The translations under genes were made by a program, and so were the position numbers. Below are positions 25,036 to 39,245 of a stretch of DNA of 64,000 nucleotides, in pieces. Origin of the DNA: Camelus dromedarius (taxonomy: Eukaryota); NCBI RefSeq assembly GCF_036321535.1, contig NC_087436.1, forward strand, positions 31,498,001-31,562,000, read 5' to 3'. The notes below the pieces were generated by a model that was not told the origin of the DNA, searched no databases, and was given only the letters and a program-made list of their open reading frames with translations. How positions within the stretch are numbered: the first letter of the stretch is position 1; every line of letters starts with the position of its first letter.

Positions 25036-28000
25036 TCAATTCTGCCTAATAAATACATTCAAATAGCTAATTTTGTCTTCGTTAATGAAAGGCATTTTTA
25101 ACATACGACTTTCAGTAGCAATTCGTTCAATCCTCAAGTGCACATACCTTTCTCCACATATCAAGACAAAATTATGTTCCAATTTTCAGTGCTGATTATG
25201 CTAGGTACTATGGAGCCAAACCACTTTAAGAATTCAGCAAAACATTTAACTCTATTTGACACTTAAATGGACAGCAGCATTTTAAATCTGTCACTTTATT
25301 TCTGTTGCCTCCACCACTGTTGATGGGATTTTAATCTGGTTGGCATCCACTTAACAAACAATATACTCACAGTTCTCAATTTTCATTTTTCCTCTTTTAC
25401 AAAGTAGAAAGTCAAATGGTAAAGTTAATAGAGCTGTAAAAAAAATACAGTACCAAATTTATTTTAATGACAATGTGATTGTCACTGATTTAGGGCAGCT
25501 GCTCTCTGAATAAATAGACTCAGGGTCTAATAATTTGTGAAGAAAAAGACCAAGGCAGATGTCATTGCTGAGGCCTGAAGACCTGTTGGCAGACCACTGC
25601 CCAGGTAAGATTACTGGTCTCAGCGGCATGTTCCCTACAGCTCAAAAAACTGCCCAGCTGCTTTTGTATGCAGAGGTTCCTAGATTGATTTCTTACTGGA
25701 ACAGATTCCTCACAAACAAGGTTTATTCTTTATTGGAGCTTTAGTCACTTGAATTCCTCTCTGTATTCTTCACTGTCAGGCTTTGCAATTTTTATTTATT
25801 CTTGGTAGAATGCACTTACTATTGTTATGGCACTTTTCACTCTAAGGCCTTCTTTTCAGTGTCTTTGAGAAAGAAAGGTCTTTAGCTAGACATTTCTCAT
25901 GCTTGTTGAAGTCTGGAAATGATTTATTTTAGAAGAGAACAGAGGTGAAAGGAGTAGAATAAAAGATCATTATTCCCCCACCTTTGAGCACTTATCAGTT
26001 AATCACATGTTTATTGTTAAATGAAATGTGATGGCTTTCAACACAATTTTATTGCTTTTTATCTTTGTTTAAGAAGTAACACTAAAATATTTTAAAGTCT
26101 CATAAATAGAGTAAATCCAATAGGCTAAAAAATTTCCCTGTGGCTAAATTAACTTTAATTTACTCACTCTCACATTAATATGGTAAAATGGATTACTGCA
26201 ACCCTAGACAATGAAAATATGTTTTGATCGTATATTATTTATAAACACATTTACAAATATATTTTCATGGATGGGTCTATAGACAAAGCCAGTATTATTC
26301 TGTGGGTACCCTTTCAGATGTTTTCAACACTAGCTTCTTCCACACACAAGAATGAGTCCATAATAATCAGAATTGTCACTCTTTCAAACTTCTACTTAAT
26401 ATCCTGACATTTTAACCCATTGCTTTCCAAAGCTTCTTCTCCATGAGAATTATTGCATATATACTTAGGACTAAATTCTAAAACGGTTACTGAAAGAATT
26501 ATTTAACAAATATTTCAAAATGTATTGAGCTTACTCTGGGGTTTTCTAATTTTGCTACACAGAAATAAAATATTTAGACTAATTCCTTTAGAGAATAGCA
26601 AGATTCAAGGCCATCTGGTGCTTCTGTCTCTTCTTTTTCCAATAAAAGAAATTCTTCGAAGTAAATTATTGCCAATTACAAGTTCACCCAGGGAGAGGAA
26701 GAGAAAAAATAGTGACTGGATTTCCTTAAAAGACTATTCCGACTTCCCAAGTGTGAAGTCTTCAATATAGACTATTAAATAGTAGAGACTAGAGTGGAGA
26801 ATATACAGAAACTAAAACTAGATACTGTAACTACTAAGAATTTAAAGGAAACTTGTCATTATCTTCTTAATTAGATGCAAAAGCAAGCTGCTTATGAAAG
26901 TTAAGCCCCCATACTTAATTTTGATTTCTTATGCTAACCTTAAAGACTCTACAATGAAAACCCACTGAAATATTGAATCTGCATGCAGATAATCATTTCT
27001 CAAAACCAAGTTTATATGTCAGAAACAGAAATAGAAGGAAAGCATACATAAAAATATGAAGGTATATATTGTGTTTACTATCATGTTTCTCTTATTTGAG
27101 CCCAGAACTTGATTGCTGCATTTTTGTAATTCCAAATGTAAAATTAAAATAAACAACCTGTATTTTTTTCCCCTAAGAATGTCTTACTCAGAACAAGATT
27201 AAGGATACACCATTACTAAATTTAAATTCCCCTTTCTCCTATTAGGGCAGGACCAATACGTAAAAAGCAAGCTGGACATCAGGAAGTCTCCCAAAGAACA
27301 TGCCATATTGAGGGAAGAACTCAGTATGTTATATAAACAGTGCACTGGAGCCAGCCTCACATGAACTGGAGTTGTCTTAGCTATTGCCCAGAAAGCATAA
27401 GCAAGAACATAAGAAAAGATTCTATTTTCTTCCTCCATATTCAGAATAACACACTGATATCACCACCCTGGGTACAAGGGGCAAACATAAGTGACTGTTG
27501 TCTAACTTCCCAATGTTGAAAACTATTATGCTCACTTGAAAAATCTTTTTTCAGCACAAGTATTAGTTCTCACAAATTCTTAAATGGTTTACAATTTTAT
27601 GTCCAATCAAACATTACTACTACTGTGTAAGGACCACAGTAGGACCATCGGGTAGGCATATTATTTGCGGCACAAATCCCAACCTGTGTTTTAAAAAAAA
27701 AAAGCATTACATAAAAAGCTCAGTTAGATGTTAGCCAGGGTTCATAATGTAAACATATGCATGTGCCATTCAGAACTCACAAATAAACAAAAATGGAAAG
27801 GTCAGCAATGGTCTTTCTTCCTCACTGTTACTAAGCCTTTGAAATAAGCTCACGAAATGTATGCAGGTGGTTTTTTGATTAATTTGATAGAGGTACATCC
27901 ATGGAACCAATTTACAAGTGATTTGCAGGCAGGCTGGCATTACTGAAATAAACGGTGCTATTACTATGATTTATACTACTATTCCCAACACAAATGATAA

Positions 28001-31000
28001 AGTGAAATTTACAGTCCTTAATTACCACCATGAAAAATTGGGAGGGAGAAAAAAGAGCAAAGATTGGCAATTTGCAAACTTGTCAGTAAGGCAAGATGCA
28101 AAAATCCATTTGCTTTACTTAAAAAAGGCACTGCATAATGGGTCTTACTATATTGTTATCAATCCATTTGAGAAGGCGAGGGAGTTCAAAAAACAAATGA
28201 CCAGAATATAACCTTGAGATGCCAGGAAGTATGGTTTAGGAAAACAGCTGACAAAATGTAGCCTCCAGTTTTGAAAAGCAGGGAAGTCACAAAATACAAC
28301 ACTACATTATACATTATTCTGGGCCAATCACATGGCCCAATTTACTCTTCAAATCACCTCCTTTCAAATGTTTTTCAAATGCTTCCTAGCAGAGGAAAAA
28401 GAAAATTAAAGAAATAATATCTGTAATTTTTAACTAAATGTTTTTCTCTTGTCCCATTCATATCTAAATAGTATTGGGAGTCTTTTAGGATATTCAAAGG
28501 TGTCAGCCACACTGCTATCAACAGAACTCAAACAAAGCTACCTGGAGGAACCTACTCTGAGAGGCAAGGCTCAAGCACTGCAGTTGTCAAGAGGTTGGAG
28601 ATGATGTGATTGCCCAGTTTCCTGGGCCCTTGGCTCTTTCCTCTCTCATTTATTATCACTTCCTACTTTAAAAGTCCAGCCAGGCTTTATTTACAATACT
28701 TATTCCCTCTCATGACTGACCTCCTATCAGGGAATGCCTAGGGTTCTAATGGACCTTCTAATCACCATTTGCTAAGTCTGATTTAAAATACAGTGATTCC
28801 ACGCACTGGTCATTCATAGTACTTCACAGACTGGCTCACGGGAAAACTCCACAAAGTTACAAGACATGGAGACTGACTGCATATAACAGGCAAGAGAAAC
28901 AGAACAGAGACAATTCTTGTCTACCTGAATTAGAAAATAATGGTGCAGTCTTAGATATTGGCACACAGCCAAAACTTGGGAATTGATATGTCAGTTTCAG
29001 TAATGTTAAGTTTGAGTTGCTGCCAGGACACTCAGACGCAGATATTCAGCAAACATTATCAGGAATGTAGGACTAAAGCTCTGGAGACAACTTAGGCCCA
29101 GATATATACAGATGTTGGAGAAATCTGAATAGAAATGAAGGTTGAAGACATCAGAGGGGATCAGATGGCCATAGTGGAGGATGTAAAACCGAGAGGCCTG
29201 AAAGCAAAAACAAAGAAAAGACAAAGTTGGAGGACCCAGAATAGAGAAAATAATGAGATCAGAAAGGACTAATTGGAGAACTAGGAGGAGTCTGAAAAGA
29301 ATCTCAAGAAGAGAGAAATGATCATCAATGTCACATGCTGCAAAGAAATCAAGACAAATGAGAAGATGCCATTAAGTCTGTTGAACAAGATAACGTCAAC
29401 AGACAGAAACCAAAATACAGGAGTCTAAGAGATAAACACATTTAAGAAAGAGGAGTTGCAAGTGTAGAGATTTCCTATTAGAAATCAAGTAGGAAAAGAT
29501 TTAAGAGAATGCTATGGAAATGGATTAGGAGAAAGCTTTTTATATAGTAGATATAAAGCATATATGTGTCTTATTGATTTCTGATTTCTTGCTACTCCTT
29601 AAAATTTCTTCTTTCATGACTGGTATGTTATCCTGTATGAAAAAGTCTTCAGATAAGCTTTTTATGGACTTTATCCCTTTTGTATGTAGAACTCAGTGAT
29701 TGTGATGGGTTATTTTAGCTTTGTCTTGTTCCCAGTGAGCCCAAGAGCATTTGGGGATTCTACGACCAAGGACTTTCTCCATTTCTACTTCCCATCAACT
29801 CAGGCTTCTTTCCTACTCCATAAATCTTCATTTTTTTAAAGCATCATTTTCTCCATTTCAATAACTTTCCTCCTGAGATTTTAAATTATAATAACATTTT
29901 CACACCTTCTTTAATAACCTCCTTACTTCAAATTCATAAATTTTACTTTTCCCTCGAAATTTTCCATACCTCCATTCATCTGTATTTGGATGGTATCTCT
30001 TTCTCATAAGCATTTTCTAAGTTACATTTTCATCACCATACTTGAAATTCAGAACATAGAATTTGCAATGCTCTGTTTCTTCTAATTTATATTTCTTTTA
30101 ATATTTTCATCAATAGTTAATATTAACTACCATTTGAGAGCTTGCTGTATGTATTAAACATTTAATAGAGTGTCTGACATTCACTGTCTCATTTCATCAT
30201 CTCTAAAAACCTTTGAAGTGAGTATTTTTATTCTCTACGATTCACAGATAAGGTTAAGTCACTCATCCAAAGTCACAAGCAAGTAAACAACAAAGCAGGA
30301 ATTTGTACCCACGTCCATTCAACTCCAATGTTCATCATTTACCTTGTAGAAAATTCTATCTTAATCCTTTTAGTCTTACTTTATAAGAATATCAATTGTC
30401 ATTAATGCATTTACATTATTGGAACACTGCACAAAACAATTAAACTCTCATTAGTGAAAGCAAGCCTCTGTCAATTCTGGTTCAGTCTAATGCAAAATAT
30501 TCAAAAGGAGAAAATTCAAGAATTGTTTTGTTCCTTCTTCTATCCTCTCTTCGCACTTTATCAAGCAGTACCCTGTTAGTCCCAAGAGACTCGAGTTATT
30601 TTAATGGGTCTTTCCCTCTGTTACTCCCTCTGTTTTTTCCTGTATCCTAATTACTCTGAATTCATTTTTATTGATAGATAGTGTAAGTGTGCATAAGATC
30701 ACCACAATTTGAAATTATTCCTTTATTTTCATTAATGTTACGATACCCACATCTTCTAGAGTTGATATTAGTACACATGTTCTTTCTTATCAGATATAAA
30801 ATATATCATGTATCTATAAGTATATATACACAGAATTTAATGACATTAAGTGAGTAGTATATCTTTATGTAACTTAGTGTGAATATGTTAAATTTTTTAT
30901 TTTTATCATATTTTATATATTTATATGTATATATATAATTTAATGGTATTAAATCAGCAGCTTGTTTTAGATTAAGCAGTTCTCAAACAATACATAGATT

Positions 31001-31165
31001 GGTTTCTTAAAATATTCCTTTTATAACTTTTCTCTCCTTTCCACTTTCACAATTGAAATGCTAGTCATATTCATATCTTCTCAAACACATTAAAGATTAA
31101 AAAGCACAATTATATTTAAAAGGAAAAAGAAGATGCCATACCTTTATGTGATACTTTCTCTAGAA

Positions 31166-31364
31166 CTTCACTGTCCAATATGGTAGCCATTAGCCACACC
31201 TGGCAATTTAAATTTATATTTGAATTAATTAAAATTAAATAAAAGTTAAAATTCAGTTTCTCAGTTGCAATAGCCACATTTCATGTGGCTAGTGGCTACC
31301 ACTTGGGGCAAAGCATATACAGAACATTTTCCAAAATCACAGGAACTTCTGCTGGATAGTGCTG
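31166..31364. mobile_element. MER3 hAT/Charlie MITE
   Basis: ctgtccaatatggtagccattagccac...gtggctagtggctacc...ggatagtgctg, flanks ctctagaa and atctaaga. Confidence 0.8.
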
Positions 31365-31434
31365 ATCTAAGACGACTCAATAGATAAGTCAATCTTTAGT
31401 ATGTTTTGCAAATTCTCTTAAGATTATTCCCCCA

Positions 31435-31848
31435 TCACGAATGGATAAAGGAAATGTGGTATATGTATACAGTGAAATACTATTCAGACTTTTAAAAAGA
31501 AGTAAATTCTGCAATATATAACAAAATGGATGGATTTTGAGGACATTATGCTAAGTGAAATAACAAGCCAGTCACAGAAAGACAAATACGGTAAAATTCC
31601 ATTTATGCGAGGTATTCAAAATAGTCAGCTTCACAGAATCAAAGAATAAAATCCAGGGTTTGGGGGAATGGGAATTGGGGAATTACTAATCAGTAAGCAT
31701 AAGTTTCAGTTTAGCAAAATGAATAAGCTCTAGAGATCTGCTGCACATTATACCAACAGTCAACAATAACATAATAAACACTTAAAAATTTAAAAGAGTA
31801 GATCTCATGATTTTTGTTCTTACCACAATATTTTTTTTTTTAAAAAAG
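31435..31848 (+). mobile_element. L1MA-type 3' end
   Basis: gaatggataaaggaaatgtggt...gacattatgctaagtgaaat...gatctcatg..gttcttaccacaat. Confidence 0.8.
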
Positions 31849-33784
31849 GGCTATATCCAGCATGGTTCTGAGGAAAACAAATGATAGATAATAAATTATT
31901 CTTTTACTATTAAGAAAAAGACTATTATCTTCCTTCCTATCTCTCTTTTTTTTTTTTATTGCCAATGCTTAGTCTTCTTAAATTTTTCTACTCACTACCA
32001 CTTTGAAGTAACAGTCCTGGAAATATTTTACAATGTAAGATCAATAATGCAAATGTCCTCCAATTCAAAAAGTCTCCCATTACTTTTTCTTAAACAAAAT
32101 AGCCAAGAGACCTTGGGTCAATTTTTGTTATTTCCCCTTGCTCCAAAACTTAAATAACAAATCAAAATAAAACAAGGCTTCCTAACAGAGTGTGCAATCC
32201 TTTGTAAACTCCAGGGGTTGAGACCACTGTTCCTGCAGTAGGTGTGGTCCTGTACTGAGAATTTTGCTTCTAGAGTTAGAAAAGAACTCCTCAATACTGT
32301 GTTACACTTTTTATAGACAGGTCATTGTTTCAGCTCTTAAATCCTGTATTTCTACCACTGTAAGCAAGTTTACAACAGGCTTCTGGTTTTTTCTTTGCTT
32401 TCCTATTTTCTGAAAAGTTTGAAACCAATAGAATACAAATGTGAAAAGCTGACCAAAGTTAGGATTGTAATCTATAGTCATGGACCACACAAAGGATCAA
32501 ACCTCTAATCTTGGCCTTCTTAGCACACTCTTTGACTGAGATATCCTTGACAACAAAAAGTTTATGTCTGAATATATTACTGCGAGAAAAAAGAGATACA
32601 TCATCTACTGTGTCTTTTCTTAACAATTAAAAAGGAACTACCAAAACACAGACTTAGTATTTCAATATGAAAACTAAAAAAAGCAGCTAAAACTCTTGAA
32701 AGCAATTGCCCATGGAAAGACTGCAGTGAAGAATAATGAGTCAAAGAAATATTGTATTTAGTCCTATAAGCCTTTTAGTTGATTTTTAAATCATGTGCAT
32801 TTTACAAATAATTTTTATAATAATAAAGTTGCTTTTTTAAAAATTATGGAAACTATCTGATTGTCCACCAGTTGAGGAACATATGATTTGATGTCTTATA
32901 ATAAGATATGTGAACCATTACAAAATATATGACTTTGCAAAATATTTGACTTTTGCCATATTTATATATAACTGACCTAGATTACATTTACAAAAACATC
33001 TTAGTTAATGGCTCTTCCCAATTCATTAAGAACAGACCATTTCACAAACTTTTAAAATATTTTTTAAAAAAACAATTTATATGGAAACAAACATGTTAAA
33101 AAAGCAAGAAAATACTATAGAAATGATACTGACCAACTTTAGACTAATGAAAGTCACAAAAACTGGAAAAGGTAGGAAGAAGGAAAAAAAAAAGGAATGG
33201 TAAGGGATAAGAGTAGGGTATTGGCTGCATCTATAAAGATTTATTTTTTAATATCTGTCAAATCCTTTTGATGGGGAATGTTAGATCTAAGTGGTAGATG
33301 TCATATTTACTGTACTTTTCAGTTATTTTGAAATATTTTTTCACTTCTTAAAAAAATTCCACCTTCATTGTTCAAAGTGTCCTCAGTTTATATGAAATTT
33401 TCCAACTAAATACACTATTCTCTGCTGCTCCTTTTAGAGAAGTGTGTAGAAACTTCAATCTCAGAAGAGCAGTTATCATTACTAAACACAATGTGCAAGA
33501 GCACATGTAAAACAACAAGCCGTATTAATAATCTACCCGTATACCAGCCACACCAGTGATATATCAAAAAATATATCTATATTTGCCTCATGCATTTCAG
33601 CCCTACTCAAGCCCTTGGCCTCTCTTATTTTGCTTCCTCTTCCCCCAACTTTGAGAAGGAAATGAAAGTTAAACACCAAGTATGTAAAAATTCAAATTTC
33701 CAAAATCATGCAAACCTACATTTTAAAATATAGCCATTGTAAAACAAAGGTAGATTTTATTCAGTAAAGATGTGTTGTACTCAC

Positions 33785-33833
33785 TGCAAATGCATCACCA
33801 CTGGAGAGCAGTAAGACCAGGTGCTGTCTGTGC
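33785..33833 (-). CDS. C4orf33-like exon C (49 nt): (L)HRQHLVLLLSSGDAFA
   Basis: Acceptor tctttttgtttgcttag|G, donor GCA|gtgagt. Matches C4orf33 PHGQHLVLLLSG. Phase 2 to 0. Confidence 0.88.
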
Positions 33834-34889
33834 CTAAGCAAACAAAAAGAATCATGACAGAGTTGAAACTAGGCTGACAGTTCGGGTATTTTCAGATTAA
33901 AAAGTCACCCAGCTGTAATTTTTATCTAATCTTATTTGTGATTTTCTAGTAGCTCATTCTCAGAAAACTGCAGGTTACTTAATTGACTATAGCTAAGAAT
34001 GAGTAATGGTGGGACCCAAAACACTTACAATTACACAGTTAAAAGGAAGATGTTTGTCTTTTTCCATTTGTACAGGTTATGCAGACTTACTCAACTTTTA
34101 GAAAACCTACTATTAAAGGTAGCCTAAACATTGTCCATAAATCTAAACTTTATCTAAATTTTCAGCTCTATTTCTATTAATGGGGAAGTTGTCAGATAAA
34201 AGAACATTAATTTCAGGACCGGCTGTTAAGATTCATGTTAAAAATATTCAACACACTGTTCATAATATGCTAAAGGATTATGCTCTTAAAATGGAGATGC
34301 CAAAGTATCAGCATCAATTCAGCCCTCAATTTACTGCCTTTCATACAAGAGATGTGTGCCTTTCATCCAGTCTAAATTGAGTACATATTTGCCGTTATGT
34401 CATATTCACAAGGTCAAAAACTAAACTGCCTCGTCCAAAATGTTAAGAAATGAACATCCTAGAAGTATCTCTTAAGAATTCAGCTTGCCAATAAAGATGT
34501 TTTAAAATTGAAAATTTAAATTAGTAATGTTCAAAGTTGGTAACATAAGCAAATTAAACTGGAGAATTTTGATACTTAATTTCTTTAAATTGTATTATTT
34601 ATCACACTTAGTTCATTTGTAATAGTGGATAAAATATAACGATGCTCAATTTAGCACTATTTGATCTACATATTTAATTTCTTATAGAGATGCATATTAT
34701 TTATATTTTTAAAAAATAAATTACAGTGACTGGTAAAAATAACAAAGAACATATTTTTTGAAAATAAAATTGTATATACTTTCTACATTTCTCCATCACT
34801 TCACTGACATCCTAAGAAACATCTAAGGCACATAAATTCATACTTTTTAGAAAGAAAAATACACAAAAGTGTATCTTAATTTTTTTTTG

Positions 34890-35545
34890 TTTTCTTTCTT
34901 TTTAAATTCAATTTATTTAAACTTAAAAAAACCCAAAACAGTTCATCCATTTCTCCCACCCCCCAACCCCCACCTCTGGCAACCGCCAATCTATTTTCTG
35001 TATCTGTGAGCTTAGAACATCTTTCTGTCTCTTTCCATCTATCAATATAGACAGATAGATAATTTTAGATTCCTCATATAAGGGAGATAATCAGATAATT
35101 GTCTTTCTCTATCTGACTTATTTCACTTAGTATAATGCCCTTGAGGTCTATTCATGTTGCACAAGTGGCAAGACTGTATTCTTTTTTATGGCTGAATAAT
35201 ATTCCATTGTATATATATGCCACATCTTTATATATTCATCTATCAGTGAACACTTAGATTATTTCCATGTCTTGGCTGTTATAAGTAATGCTACAATAAA
35301 CATGCAGGTGCACGTATTTTTTCAAATTAGTGTTTTCATTTTCTTCAGATAAACACCCAGAAATGGAATTGATGGGTCATATGATAGTTCTACTTTCAAT
35401 TTTTTGAGGAACTTCCATATTGTTTTCCATAGCAGCTGCACCAATTTACATTCCCACCAACAGTATGCAAGGGTTCCCTTTTCTCTTCATCCTTGCTAGT
35501 CTTCTTGATAACAGCCATTCTAAGAGGAGTGAGGTAGTATCTCAT
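34890..35545 (-). mobile_element. L1 3' end
   Basis: tctgacttatttcacttag, ttttttatggctgaataatattccattgt, catttacattcccaccaacag. Confidence 0.8.
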
Positions 35546-35975
35546 CGGGCTCCCAGGATACCTCTGATATGTAAACTAATCAACCCAGAGCCATACCTCC
35601 TTTATCTGGCTGTATCAACCAGGAGGCAGAATTCTTCTGCCTTAATCATCTGAAGGCCAGGTCCAGGTAGCAGGCAAGTAGGGAGCACCCTTAGAGCTTA
35701 GAGACTGCCAAATTTTTTCAAACTAACCAAACCTAATCTGTTTATCCTGCCCTGCCTTGCCTTTCCCTCAGAAAATCCAAGCCTACATGCCCCCCTCTCC
35801 TCTGCCCCTTCTGGCTCCTGACCCATACCAGTGCTTCCCCATGTTGCTCTTCATGGTATACCATGCCTTCTCTTTCTAGGACCTATGAGTATAATAAACT
35901 TTGTTTTTCTGACCTCCTCCTGGGTCTCCTCTTGTAGCCGTATCTGAATGATCATTACATACAAGAACACAGAAC
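35546..35975 (+). mobile_element. ERV1-type LTR fragment
   Basis: aaactaaccaaacctaatctgtttatcctgccctgccttgcc...aataaactttg. Confidence 0.5.
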
Positions 35976-37134
35976 ATGATGTTTATGTTTCACTTGTGTT
36001 CCTGTTTTATACATGCAGCATTACTGCTAATTGTCCATCAGGCTCTATTCTTCCTTGCTACCTTTTAATAACAGACATTATTAGGTTTAGCTGTATGTGA
36101 CTGCCTGGCTAGAGGTGACATTTCTCAGCCTCCCTTGCAGCTAGATGTAGCCCTGTGATTAGGTTTTTGCCAAACTTATCATATAGATGAGAAATAAAAC
36201 TTGCTTTCGTGCATCTAAAAGGCAAAATTAGGAACAACATCTAGCAAGTATATAGAAATGAGTTTCAATTAAATATAATTACTTTCTAACAATAGCATTC
36301 TTTAGAGGCTACTGCCCTTTCAACACTGTATCTTCTTTTCAATCAAAGGTTGGATACAATAGGAGAGACTTCTAAACTGAATAAAACTTTGGAATAGATA
36401 TTGCTTAAAGTTTCTTCCAGCCCTAATATTCTACAATTCTAGCCAGATAGGAAAAGAAAAGTTGGGACAAGGAAGAGAAAGTAGGAGGCAGGACAAAAGG
36501 GTCAGAGAGAATGAGGGAAAGAAGAGGAAGGGGTAAAGAAAAGGCAACCTTTAGAACCAAGAAATAAGATTACTGGGAAATACATCTGAGTAACTAGAAA
36601 AAATGTTCTTGAATTTTCATTTTTATACAATATCAAATTTACATATCCCTACCCTTAAAAAAACCCACAAAATCTTTCAAACAAATATATTTTAAAATCT
36701 AAAGGGTAAGCTCTAGATTCAGAGTATAGACATAAAATTATGTTTCATGGTTTCGAGATTAATTTTATTGGAACTGAAAATTCCTCTTATTCATCATTTA
36801 TAATAAGTAGCAGTTTTACACTGCTTGATTGATTCATGTTATAATCATGGAGTAATTTACTATCCTAATTTATAACATGACATCTGTTGACATTTGCCAT
36901 ACTTACATCTGCTCTAAATTCTGTCACTTTACAAACATCTTAGTTAATGGCCCCCTGCAAGTTATTAATAAGTTTAATTAAAGCAAATAAGATAAAGGAC
37001 TTTGTCACACTCATCTCTGCATTGTCTCCAGTGCTTAACACAATGCCATTACTTTAAGTGTGGCTCAGAAATACTTTCATGCAATAATCATTTATTGAGG
37101 CCCCAGTCTGTTCTTGCTAATGCTTTGGGCACTG

Positions 37135-37360
37135 GAAGCAACACAGCATGGTGGTTAAGAGTGTGGGCTTCCAATTAGGATGAGTCTGTGTTTGAATCCC
37201 TCCTCTGCCATTGAGGACATCTCAGTTGCTTATACCTCAGTTTCCTTTCCTGTAAAATGAGTAAAATAATGATACTTCCCAGGTGAAGCCTGAATAAGAA
37301 TAACGTGCAGTATGCTTAGCATAGCCTAGCATATGTAAGTCCTCAATAAATGTTATTTAT
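37135..37360 (+). mobile_element. MIR SINE
   Basis: gtggttaagagtgtggg...ctcagtttcctttcctgtaaaatg...ctcaataaatgt. Confidence 0.7.
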
Positions 37361-39019
37361 AAGTCAATCACATAGTGTCCATAAAATTATGTCAATAATA
37401 CAACCATTCATATTATAATCTATGTACTATAATTCACTGAATAAACGTTCCATGAGGAAAGGACTTTTTGTCTATTTTTTTCACTATTGTATCTTCAGTG
37501 CTTAAAACAATGCCTGGAACACAGTGAACATCCCCCTAAATAAGTGTTTTAAATAAGTTAATCAGTAATCACGACATATTTTACATTAAAATAATTTCAT
37601 TCTCTTAATTACATTCATTTTAAGAATTATAAACGACATGCTAGAATGCTCTATTAAGATTAATTGAAGTGGGACTTCCAACATAACAAGATAATCTAGT
37701 TCCTTCCAGGATCCTGCCTTAGAAAGACAATATAGGCAATAATGACCTAGAGTAAAATGCCTACCTTTATATAATCTAAATAATAAAATCTTCAAATTGG
37801 CAATATATGTGGTGAGTTAATGAAGCATATCTATTAAGACATTCAGAGAATTCTTAACACGTGAGAACTTGAAAACCCAAAATGATAAATTCTCGATCTT
37901 CTTATTAATCTCGGGACTACACAAGACAAATTCTTTTAACAGAAGAAATTAAAATGCTAATAATGTCTGTCTTATCTCCAGACAACATACTTTAGTGGTT
38001 CCTAGTGTATGGCAAAATAGCTTATGCACATTTGTTTGTCCATTCAGTACCCCAGAAAGTTTGCCTAAAGGCAGGGGTCCAGGTAAACAAAAAAGAAAGA
38101 AAACATAAAGAACTTGAATAACCCATAAGGATTCATATTTAAGAATTACGTAATAACTGTTCTGGAGATACAGAGATATCATGGACACTAGCCACGTCCC
38201 TCTGCCAGATTTTCCTTCTCTCTTTTTCTCAGAACTCTCATTGCCTCTGAAGAACTTCACCCTTTGAACTATGTGGTTCTGGCAGGGCTGCCAATGACAG
38301 TATCACAGTCTCCTTACATACTGAAGCGGGAAGAAGCAATCTGGTTCCTTCAAAGTGGCTAAATTAGGATTGCTACAGATTTTCAACTGCTGAGTCACTC
38401 ACTTCCTCACTACCTCATAAAGGAAATCCCTCTCTATAGGAGGAAAGAGTAACACAGTCACACATGGATGTGGAAGGCATTTAGAGATGAATTTGAGGAG
38501 AAGGGGGTGGGGAGGATATGGAGGTGTGAGAAGAGAAAAGCTCAAGAGTGAATACTCATTGACATCACTTTATTCTTTGGATTGAGGCAAACTAAAACAG
38601 GCCAGCAAGTCCAACTCTGATTTTAAGTATCTGAACCAACAATTCTTTCTCTCTGCCCAAATTTCCTTGAGTTGTAGTTTCCTCACCTTAAAAGAATTTT
38701 GATGAATATAGGAGAGCTTCAATTTTACTTAGTCACAAAATATCTAGAAGTATAGAATTAGTTTATACATCAAAATATTTGGTCTTATAAATAATCAAGG
38801 TTTTCAATGTTGAGCCCTATTTTTTTGTTTTCTTTTTTTAATGTTTTATGCATTTATATGATTAAAACTACAAAACATTTGGGTTTTACTCAATGAAACT
38901 ATTCTCCTTTTTGAGATGTGAATGTCCACACAATTAATATAAGTGAAGAAAATAACTGATTCATTTTGAAGAAATTACCTTAGCAACTTAAGTTAATGAA
39001 ATTATTAAGCTATCAACAG

Positions 39020-39245
39020 AGACAGCACAGTGATTAAAGAGCACAGACTTTAAAAACAGACTGCCTGGATCCAGATTTAGACTCTGCTACTAACTAGCTG
39101 TGAAACCTTGGTTAAGTTATTCAACAGAGATATGTTTCCTTACCTATAAAATGGATTACAGTGTGGCGAAAGGACTTAACAAGTGAAAAGTGCTTAGAAT
39201 AACACCTGACACAATGTAAGCATTACATTAGTGTTAGTCACTATT
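39020..39245 (+). mobile_element. MIR SINE
   Basis: cagcacagtgattaaagagcacagact...tactaactagctgtg..ccttgg.taagtta...tttccttacctataaaatgg. Confidence 0.7.
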
